Positions 10,001 to 17,167 of a stretch of 32,000 nt of DNA are shown one piece after another. The position numbers and the translations under genes were made by a program. This DNA is from Promethearchaeum syntrophicum (GTDB lineage Archaea; Asgardarchaeota; Lokiarchaeia; Sigyniarchaeales; Promethearchaeaceae), in assembly GCF_008000775.2 (NCBI RefSeq), contig NZ_CP042905.2:2130001-2162000 (forward strand). The letters are read 5' to 3'. The stretch's first letter is position 1; each line of letters starts with the position of its first letter. The notes under the pieces were generated by a model. That model searched no databases and was not told the DNA's origin. It saw nothing but the letters and a program-made list of their open reading frames with translations.

Positions 10001-10414
10001 ATTCAAAAAAGATTGCATTTCACAATAATTATAAGATCCAATCCAACTTGAATTGATATAGGTATCTTTGTCTAATATTGCTTGATGTATCTCAAAATAC
10101 TGTTTTTTATTGTCTAACTTTTTCAATTCACCTTTAATAATTGTAATTTTAAGGGGTAATCTTCGCTGTACAGATTCAGAATTCAAAATTTTTGATAAAT
10201 ACCCATAAAAAAATGCAAGAACTTTTTCTTCAACTTGATCTTCAATCAGGACGGTAAGAAAATTTTCTTTTTCATTATATTTTAGGATTTTATCGATACT
10301 ACAAATTACAGGTTGATTTATTGAGATCTTTCCTTTAATTTCCTTAAAAATTTTAAAAATTTTAAAAATTTTATTAGTCTTAATTGTTTTTTCGTCCTCG
10401 GTCATTTTAAACAA
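7031..10414 (-). CDS. dna2: Dna2-like protein: N-terminal RecB/Cas4-type nuclease with Fe-S cysteines fused to a UPF1-like SF1 helicase
   Basis: Nuclease part FVIIETKTG, NYCEMQSFL and CGRCSSKDAC (CX2CX5C). Helicase motifs VLIQGPPGTGKTTIIAEIANRLV, DTIILDEAAQIVES, FILVGDHQQLPPIS, MLSNQYRMNKIISKFVS, DTVDRFQGQEREFIIYSFV, RRLNVAISRVKKKIIFVGN. Confidence 0.9.
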   Translation of the reverse strand: MFKMTEDEKTIKTNKIFKIFKIFKEIKGKISINQPVICSIDKILKYNEKENFLTVLIEDQVEEKVLAFFYGYLSKILNSESVQRRLPLKITIIKGELKKLDNKKQYFEIHQAILDKDTYINSSWIGSYNYCEMQSFLNIYINAYSRINENLLWGNLFHDYLSIIFSNPNLELWVKKRDILEKNVLTSFSKACYMNWGYFVSLRIDLDFILKEFQNNFLQNEIDFIQKELEKYSEEYGKYEIICEKMIYSKNLGIQGRIDRLIQTIPSSRFVIIETKTGTSPSSSQISAFYQSMAYATILQEYFPTKVDKLLIEYPRLSINERMLEYNYDEKELLKVLKIRNEIWNILMGNQPEVGDLHTCGRCSSKDACNFHKYRLQMINSEGKRVHNNPFQEIFEKSAQKQALFKRLNAYMSWFLYHLDNEFNYNIQILKELQLSSEEREKKGNCIANLQFNSILIKNKEKLLSFSMIGRQIIKNTRIRVGDYVLITPQEFIPLTSESIRGIIKDITKEKILISIFREIKSEKQFQSRLSYRIDLTSSNYMIDLQKQAIDKLCRFSVSPYYPNIRKLRDLLLFRTFPKIGKVDEEFVTFDDSFSFDLAQQQAISLSMKSEDMVLIQGPPGTGKTTIIAEIANRLVQKFRKNKNKNLEKKTKKKSGLDYFIKNGKKTYGLVFPILISAFTNKAVDNILLKIIERFPDLKVIRIGKISSNENPMIKKHSIEHVCQEMNVYPTGEKEIIVDPFKVRAVLKNADIICTTTTSAANILLENSKFDTIILDEAAQIVESSGLIPLLKGDHFILVGDHQQLPPISQGKEPNIPKESVDFLEILNFSPEKGLGVSIFERLSSEFYHSPSYIMLSNQYRMNKIISKFVSDTFYEGKLEPGIVNGKNIGDQTFSDFLLDNGLEGFNFGENDLWGQFFNPTLPMIFIDTINIDAKDSSEYTLTKELTSKFNQKEAEIIVRVIAHFFKEIAYIYKDIDKLIHILKKIGIISGYRAQNQKIHEELLKYFYEHIFNSANIPKFSQDEKNLIFESIIIDTVDRFQGQEREFIIYSFVDSNPQHTIEELNMELRRLNVAISRVKKKIIFVGNSPTLNQTTPNTDEKTKFVKNILKELIIYIKDHNGYFIIEY
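10344..10373. repeat. Perfect 9-bp tandem repeat TTAAAAATT x3.3 inside the dna2-like ORF
   Basis: TTAAAAATT-TTAAAAATT-TTAAAAATT-TTA; on the minus strand encodes the repeated N-terminal KIFKIFKIFK. Confidence 0.9.
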
Positions 10415-10654
10415 TCATATTTTTTCATTTAATTTCCTTATAGTTATAACCTAAATTTACCTTTTTAATTTCATGATATCTTGAGTGAAATTTGAATTAA
10501 AAATCAATTCTTCTATAAATATTTTTATTCTAAGCTTAAAATGTCGTACTTCTAGGAAATAAACCCAATTTGTTGAATAAAAATTAATGATCCAATAGAA
10601 TTAAAAAGTGAGTAGAATTTTTAAAACTTAAAATCCCAAGATGTGGACCATTTC

Positions 10655-13600
10655 ATGAAAAAATATTGGAAGACGCTAAAAAAAATATCATTAACAATGT
10701 CTATAGCATTGTTATTCTTAATATCTATCTCAATACCAATGAATATACAACCAAATAATATAAATTTTAATAATACTGATCCCTCCGTTGTAGAATTACC
10801 AAATACATCATTGTTTGAGTATGAAAATCCGATTTATGGCACTGGAAACAATAGAACCTTGAGGACTTTCTTGCAGAACTCTTCTGAAGCAAGTGGTGTT
10901 AGCAAATTTAACATTTCAAGTGATTCTAACGATGAATATTTGAATAAAGGGCAATATAATTTTACTTTCGATAAAAGCTTTAACACAACTTATATTTTAG
11001 AAGATGATACGCCTTTAGTTTCTCCAGATACAGATTTCGATTTAAATGAAGAAATTTCATTGAACAATAATCTTACTTTAGGGAGTAGTGGATCAATAAC
11101 AAACGGAGGAACTGACTCAGATATAGCCTCGATAGATTTTGATTATATAGAAATTACAAGTTCGGGCAATTTGGCAATTTTTAATTTAACAACAGATTTT
11201 TCAAATTCTGATTATAATGAAACAGTTATTGGTTTTATTGTTGAATTAAATTTGAGGTTGTTTGATGATGCTGATCTGAATGTCTTTATCTATGATCTCA
11301 TTGAGAACAAATGGGATCAGGTATATTCGAATCTAAATTATGGTGTTATGGGAAATTATCAATCACTTATTTTTAACATAACTAATGCTAATTTAAGATA
11401 TCTTACCGATACGCAAAATCCGCTATTTTCATTTAGTTTTTCTAATACTGGTGATGAATTTATAACACACATAGATTATGTATCAATAAAATTACGTAAT
11501 ACAAATGAAATTCTCATTTCAGAAGATGAAAAATCAGCTGCTTTGGAATTTAATATAATGGGAAATAGTACATTTTATGGATTTCAAGCATGGATTAGAT
11601 CATTTAATGTGACTGCTGTTGGAGAAGATTCAAATCTAACAGTCGGGCTTTATTTTACAAATCTTACAACACCACTAACAAGAAATGATCTTGTAAGATA
11701 TGGCGATGAAACAGATCCTATACCAACAAAGCCAAGTACTTTGATTGCTGAGAAAAGTTTTATTAATTTTTCAGAAGATAAACCTTATTGGTTTGATATC
11801 TTTCCTTCGGGAATCGATCTGAATATAAGTACTAATGATATAGGTAATTTTTTCATTGTTATATCATCAAACACTACAAGTATTGATGGAGGAAAAGGTT
11901 TTTCGCTTGTAACTCTTCCCTATACTGAATATTCTTCAGATTTTACTGTTTCGGGTCCTTCTGACAAAGAATCAGATATTGATCATCTCTTATTAGAATA
12001 TGATGGGATTGATTGGAAAAGAAATTATGCAATTACTGATGTTCCCTATGAGAGGTATTTTGAAGCTGATGCTGCTGCATTTTCGATAAATTTAACTCGA
12101 CCTTATCGACCTTCAGAAATCGAAGCGACAATTGAGACTGAAAGTATTCAAGATACATATCCTACAATTGATAATTACCCCTATGATACAACTGGGGATT
12201 ATGCAACTACATGGTGGGGATTTGGAACAATAGATCACACATATGATACTCCAATTCAAGCAACTTATAATAATTTTGAAGTTCCGATCACTTGGAATAA
12301 TAGTATATATTCAGGAAATATTGATGTGAATGTAAAATATAATGTTGAAAAATATTATGATGAGGATGCTACAGCAGATTATACATTAAATCTTGAAGAA
12401 AATCCGGTTTGGAATGTATCTTATTATTTCGATAACACCAGTTCAAAATTGGACAATTGGAATTTTGTAGAAATGTGGTATTTCATGCCTGAAGATTGGA
12501 CTTTTATTAATTTTGCAGGACCAGATCAAATAGATTACACCATTAATACAACTTTTTCAGCATATGATGATAATCAAAATGTATTAAAAGTTAATTCATC
12601 TGTAGTAGGTGATGGAGAAGCCGGATTTTATCAAATCAATGCAGAATCAAATAATTATATTAGAACTTGTGAATTACAACTTCATTACAATGAATATAAA
12701 TGGACGACAAATGGTTTTATGCCAGGAGATAATGTTTCGTTGGCTGTTGGTGTTTCTGATTCAGATGGAAGATTTATTCAAAATAATGGTGAAATAAGCG
12801 CAAATATATATAATACCTCTGGAGAATTAGTTTCCAAATATAATCTCTATGATAATTTAATTAATACAAATGATACATATTCTTGGTATAAATTTCAATC
12901 GCAAGATATATTCTACGAAACAGAAACTCTCCCAACTGGGACTTATCAAGTAATTCTTAATTGGACTAATGGGGATCAAGTCGGTTTATTCAAAAGAGAA
13001 CTATATTTGAATAAATATGAAGCTAATATTTTAGATTTTGATAATTATGATCAAGAGACCCAAACAAACGAAATTCATGGAACAGTTAATTCAAATAATC
13101 CATCATTTGTAACCGATATTAACACCTATGATTTATATATATACGCAATTAAGAACTTAACAAGTGGTGGGGATTTTAGTGAATATTTTGTCAATCGCTC
13201 AACTAATGAGAATTTAGGTTCTGAGACTGACTTATATATGGTTAATTTTATGCAAAATGAAACCGTTCTTAATGCTGATGAAGATGTTAATTTTATAATT
13301 AATCTAGAAAATCACCATCATACTCTTAATTATGATGTTTCAATTACTGCAGAATTAATTTCACTAATAAATCCTGAAAATGAATGGATTATCTCATCGA
13401 GCACAAGCAACACTCAAAATATTGCTATCTCTGGAGATCCTCATGATAATGATAAGAAAGAATTTGATTTTAGTCTTAATATTCCAACTCCTGCAGAGGG
13501 TGGTGTGAATTGTCCCATTCGAAATGGTCCTATGGCTATAAAAATCATAGTTGAAATTGGTGGAACTGCAATTTTTGAACAAATTCAAGAAGAAATATTG

Positions 13601-14767
13601 TATTATACTACATTATCTGATACTGAATTTGAAGGTGATGCATGTCAACCAATAAAAATCTATGAAGAGAGGATGGGACCATCATTCATTGCTTCAATTG
13701 ATAGATCAACCCTGGATTTACCTGAAAATATTTCTTATTTTGTTCAAGTTGTCAATGATTATTTTATGGGAACTGAAACTGAAAATGACGTCTATAAACC
13801 TTCACAATACTATAAAGTTGATGGAAATATCCTTGATTTCAAAATCGAACAAAATGAGATCAATCGAATTTCTAGTTTAAATTTGATAGGTCAAGCTGTT
13901 GATGAATATGAAAATCCCTTAGCATCAATAAATTTGGAATTAAATTATAATGATTCCGTGAATTGGGTTCCTTTGGAAGGTGCTTCGGAAAGTAATCAAA
14001 TTACTACGGACGGTGATGGATTTTTCAATTTTGAATTTTCATTATTTAATACTCCCAAATTAGCAGATATGCAAATCATGGCTTCTTATGCCGGAAATGA
14101 TAGTGTTCTTGCTTTTGATAAATTTCTAAATTTTACTCTGAGTGAATACAATACCGATATCGATTTGATTTTTGAAAATATAACTCTGATTAAACCTGTT
14201 CACAATATTATTTCCTTTAAAATTGTAAATATTGGTAATTCCACTTTGGAAAATGTAACACTAACAATCGAAAATTCAACATATAATGGTTTTGTGTATT
14301 CAATGAACATATTGAAAAGTGAAATTCTAAATCCTGGAGATTTTTTCATTGTTGAAATTGATTTCTTTGATAATAAATATAATGAAGATTTTGCAAACAT
14401 TACTATAAAGGTTGAAGCATTTGTAAGAGAAATTGGTGAGCAGCAAGTTCTACATGAAACACAATATACTTTCACAACCTATACAATTAATGAAGGTGAA
14501 TTATCATCAACTACAGTAGTATTGTTCTTCTTTGTAGGTGCTGGTTTACTATGGGCATTTGGCGGATTATTCATTAAGAAGAAAATTACAGAATTTAACA
14601 CTGTGCCAGAAACCTATGTTTCAGAGAAAAAAACTACTAAGAAGCGCAGAACTGGAAAATATGTTAATGTTTCTGATTTAAGTAGAGAAACTGAAAAGAA
14701 ATCAAATAGTTCTGAAGAATCTTCGACCAGTCTTGACGATCTACTTGATGAAGAAGATTCTAAATAA
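10655..14767 (+). CDS. Large secreted, membrane-anchored surface protein with a short charged cytoplasmic tail
   Basis: ORF from GTG 10643; ATG 10655 is the more plausible start. N-terminal signal peptide MKKYWKTLKKISLTMSIALLFLISISIPM, long Asn/Thr/Ser-rich beta-like ectodomain, C-terminal TM TTVVLFFFVGAGLLWAFGGLFIKKK, then a Lys/Ser/Glu-rich tail. Confidence 0.85.
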   Translation: MKKYWKTLKKISLTMSIALLFLISISIPMNIQPNNINFNNTDPSVVELPNTSLFEYENPIYGTGNNRTLRTFLQNSSEASGVSKFNISSDSNDEYLNKGQYNFTFDKSFNTTYILEDDTPLVSPDTDFDLNEEISLNNNLTLGSSGSITNGGTDSDIASIDFDYIEITSSGNLAIFNLTTDFSNSDYNETVIGFIVELNLRLFDDADLNVFIYDLIENKWDQVYSNLNYGVMGNYQSLIFNITNANLRYLTDTQNPLFSFSFSNTGDEFITHIDYVSIKLRNTNEILISEDEKSAALEFNIMGNSTFYGFQAWIRSFNVTAVGEDSNLTVGLYFTNLTTPLTRNDLVRYGDETDPIPTKPSTLIAEKSFINFSEDKPYWFDIFPSGIDLNISTNDIGNFFIVISSNTTSIDGGKGFSLVTLPYTEYSSDFTVSGPSDKESDIDHLLLEYDGIDWKRNYAITDVPYERYFEADAAAFSINLTRPYRPSEIEATIETESIQDTYPTIDNYPYDTTGDYATTWWGFGTIDHTYDTPIQATYNNFEVPITWNNSIYSGNIDVNVKYNVEKYYDEDATADYTLNLEENPVWNVSYYFDNTSSKLDNWNFVEMWYFMPEDWTFINFAGPDQIDYTINTTFSAYDDNQNVLKVNSSVVGDGEAGFYQINAESNNYIRTCELQLHYNEYKWTTNGFMPGDNVSLAVGVSDSDGRFIQNNGEISANIYNTSGELVSKYNLYDNLINTNDTYSWYKFQSQDIFYETETLPTGTYQVILNWTNGDQVGLFKRELYLNKYEANILDFDNYDQETQTNEIHGTVNSNNPSFVTDINTYDLYIYAIKNLTSGGDFSEYFVNRSTNENLGSETDLYMVNFMQNETVLNADEDVNFIINLENHHHTLNYDVSITAELISLINPENEWIISSSTSNTQNIAISGDPHDNDKKEFDFSLNIPTPAEGGVNCPIRNGPMAIKIIVEIGGTAIFEQIQEEILYYTTLSDTEFEGDACQPIKIYEERMGPSFIASIDRSTLDLPENISYFVQVVNDYFMGTETENDVYKPSQYYKVDGNILDFKIEQNEINRISSLNLIGQAVDEYENPLASINLELNYNDSVNWVPLEGASESNQITTDGDGFFNFEFSLFNTPKLADMQIMASYAGNDSVLAFDKFLNFTLSEYNTDIDLIFENITLIKPVHNIISFKIVNIGNSTLENVTLTIENSTYNGFVYSMNILKSEILNPGDFFIVEIDFFDNKYNEDFANITIKVEAFVREIGEQQVLHETQYTFTTYTINEGELSSTTVVLFFFVGAGLLWAFGGLFIKKKITEFNTVPETYVSEKKTTKKRRTGKYVNVSDLSRETEKKSNSSEESSTSLDDLLDEEDSK

Positions 14768-14950
14768 TTTTTTTTTATAACCTTTTTTTCCTCTATCCTA
14801 GCCTTCAAAGCCTTAGGGTTAAATTTTTTAAACAGGGTTATTTTAGAATTTCTTATCACCTTATTAAATCTTATCTCCTTGTTTTTTTTAATATTTTTGG
14901 TGAGAAGAAATGAGATTAAAATTAATATATAAAAAAAAAACTAAAAAAGG

Positions 14951-15292
14951 TTATTTCATTATGTTTTTCAATTGTCGAAGCAAAAGTCCTACACTACTTC
15001 TACCATCTGGTCCTAAAAAACCTAATACCATAAGATCGTTGTTCTTAACTGCTATTAAAAAACCTTCATCCATTCCTAAAGTCATTTCCAACAAATTACC
15101 CTTGTTAAGAGCATCAATTTTTGTTTTAAACATCTTACTTACAGATTTTGCTATAGAATTATGATCCATCTCAGTGAGAGTTTGGCCTATTAGAACATCT
15201 CCATTGTTCTTGGCTAAAACTAATCCTTCACATACTGAAATTTCGCTCATGATTGATTCTAATTTAGGTGCCAATTCTTCTTTTGAACTCAT
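14951..15292 (-). CDS. Roadblock/LC7-domain protein (113 aa)
   Basis: LESIMSEISVCEGLVLAKNNGDVLIGQTL...GMDEGFLIAVKNNDLMVLGFLGPDGRSSVGLLLRQLKNI matches the Roadblock fold pattern. Confidence 0.82.
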   Translation of the reverse strand: MSSKEELAPKLESIMSEISVCEGLVLAKNNGDVLIGQTLTEMDHNSIAKSVSKMFKTKIDALNKGNLLEMTLGMDEGFLIAVKNNDLMVLGFLGPDGRSSVGLLLRQLKNIMK

Positions 15293-15448
15293 GTGTTTTT
15301 CTTAGTTAAATAAACTTAAAAAATTAATGGAGATTTTCTTTAAAATTACGAAAAAATCATTAATTCCAATGATAAAAATTCGTAATCTATTTAGTGAAAA
15401 AAATTAAACCCTAAGTGAAAAAAGATAACCATTAAATTGATTTTGATT

Positions 15449-15757
15449 TTAATAATTGGTTATTGTTCTTAGAACGATTAAAATAAGTCCTTCTTGTGGC
15501 GCAATCATTACTTCGCCTTTGTCAGTTTCAAGTCTAAGAAAGTTTAAACGACCTTCACCTAACACTTCCGCTGTTTTTTTTGCACGTGAAATTAAGCTGG
15601 TGATATACGCACTGATCTCCTCGGTTCGTTCAATCTGTTCACCTTTAAAACTACTTTGAATTGGAAGGCCTTCAGAATCACATATAATAACTGCCCGTGT
15701 TTGATCATCCATCATGAACTTATTAATAATATTTTTTATAGCTTTGCCATCTATCAT
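15449..15757 (-). CDS. Roadblock/LC7-domain protein (102 aa)
   Basis: INKFMMDDQTRAVIICDSEGLPIQSSF...EEISAYITSLISRAKKTAEVLGEGRLNFLRLETDKGEVMIAPQEGLILIVLR matches the Roadblock/MglB-like pattern. Confidence 0.85.
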   Translation of the reverse strand: MIDGKAIKNIINKFMMDDQTRAVIICDSEGLPIQSSFKGEQIERTEEISAYITSLISRAKKTAEVLGEGRLNFLRLETDKGEVMIAPQEGLILIVLRTITNY

Positions 15758-15964
15758 AATATATAACTTCCTTGAAATATCCTAAGTATGTTTATTAATT
15801 GTTTTCTCACTTTTATATTTTTTATTATACGATAAACACCTTCTTCCAATTTTCAATATTGCCACGATATTACATGAATATCATGTTAATAAAATAATGT
15901 TCCTACAGTTAGAATTTATAGAGATATTTTTTATTAAATTTATAGGAATTTTACTGCTCGATTG

Positions 15965-17146
15965 ATGTGGATTATTGTGGAAAAAGGGATTCAAGAGATT
16001 AAGCCAAATTTTAATTTAGATGATAAAAATCAAAGTTTTGGTGAAAAATATGATGCGAATACAGAAAATAAAATAGTAAAACAGGAACATCAAATAACAT
16101 CGGAATTATTAAATACTAAAAATATTGATAAAAAACGGCTTGAAATCAGTAATCAAGCGAAAATTATTGGTAAAATTCAAAATCAGTCTTCAAGTTTCAC
16201 CCATAGCCCTGCTGAATTAAATGCTTTAATAAATGATGTTGAACTAAAGCGTGTTATTCATGATAATCCTTGGGAAATCAATGTTGAAAATGCTTTAGAA
16301 AATTTCAGAAAACGTATATATAATAATTCCGAAATCAAATTCAGAATTGGAGGTCGATTAATTTATTCTGCATCTAAGATAGTTCATGCAAAATCAAACT
16401 TAGTTATTAAAGAATCGAATGAAGCTCAAGAAGATTTAATAGTAAATGAACTAGATGGGGAAGAATTTGATGAACTTGATGATGATGGTGATTCTGATTA
16501 CCCAGAAGATAATTATGAAAATTCTGAATTAAGTTCAAATAATATCGCTGGAATATTGACCGCTATTTCACATCAAAAAAATAAATCGTCTAATATTGAT
16601 TTCCTGAATTCTGAAACCCTTGCTGCCTATAAAACTAATCGTGATAGGGAATTATCTTCTTCTTTCTCAACTTATCCTTTTTATTATGAAGATCGAAAAG
16701 GGCTTCGATATATTGCATCACCTGTCCGTAAAATCTATAGGAGAATTAATATAGACGATTTAGGAAAAGCCTTAATTAAAACTTTGAATTATCAAATTAG
16801 ATCATCAAATAGAAAAATATCCAATAAAAGTCTAGCATCCTCCATTTTACCAGATAATATACTAAAAAAGGCAGAAGAAGAACGAGCATTAGTAGAACTT
16901 CATATCAAAAATATGCTAAAAAGAATTAGCACAATTTTTAAAGAAAATAATCAACCCGTTTCTTTTCTATCTCTTATAATTTCTCCTGATGCTGAAGGTA
17001 TCGTGCGTACATTACTATATTTATTACAATTGGTAAATAGGAAACAAGCAGAACTCTGGCAGATCATAGATGATGACTCGATCAACGAAAATGTTGAAGA
17101 ATCTACTGGGATCGACATTTTTATAACACCTATAAAACAATGCTAA
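15965..17146 (+). CDS. Candidate kleisin (ScpA/Rad21 superfamily-like)
   Basis: N-terminal segment DNPWEINVENALENFRKRIYNNSEIKFRIGGRLIYSASKIVHAKSNLVI resembles the ScpA 'DPWdidi...L...sgr.L..AA.LL..KS' region. C-terminal segment ALVELHIKNMLKRISTIFKENNQPVSFLSLIIS..AEGIVRTLLYLLQLVNRKQAELWQ...GIDIFI resembles the ScpA/kleisin winged helix. The two are joined by an acidic linker. ORF track starts at TTG 15962. Confidence 0.62.
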   Translation: MWIIVEKGIQEIKPNFNLDDKNQSFGEKYDANTENKIVKQEHQITSELLNTKNIDKKRLEISNQAKIIGKIQNQSSSFTHSPAELNALINDVELKRVIHDNPWEINVENALENFRKRIYNNSEIKFRIGGRLIYSASKIVHAKSNLVIKESNEAQEDLIVNELDGEEFDELDDDGDSDYPEDNYENSELSSNNIAGILTAISHQKNKSSNIDFLNSETLAAYKTNRDRELSSSFSTYPFYYEDRKGLRYIASPVRKIYRRINIDDLGKALIKTLNYQIRSSNRKISNKSLASSILPDNILKKAEEERALVELHIKNMLKRISTIFKENNQPVSFLSLIISPDAEGIVRTLLYLLQLVNRKQAELWQIIDDDSINENVEESTGIDIFITPIKQC

Positions 17147-17167
17147 TGATTTTTAAAGATAGAAAAT

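Noticed and set aside
7031-10414. Cas4-like nuclease signature as evidence of a CRISPR system
   Set aside because: The nuclease is fused to an SF1 helicase (Dna2 architecture). No cas genes and no regularly spaced repeats were seen anywhere in the window.
12609-14859. Several 60-95 aa ORFs on both strands inside or over the end of the surface-protein gene
   Set aside because: They overlap one long, convincing ORF in other frames and have no recognisable motifs.
14768-14950. T-rich tracts after the surface-protein gene as a defined terminator
   Set aside because: Poly-T runs are frequent throughout this AT-rich sequence. Termination here is plausible but no specific structure supports it.
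15293-15448. Small inverted-like motifs (ATTAATGGAG / CATTAATTCCAATG) in the gap between the Roadblock genes
   Set aside because: Short, imperfect and expected by chance at this AT content.
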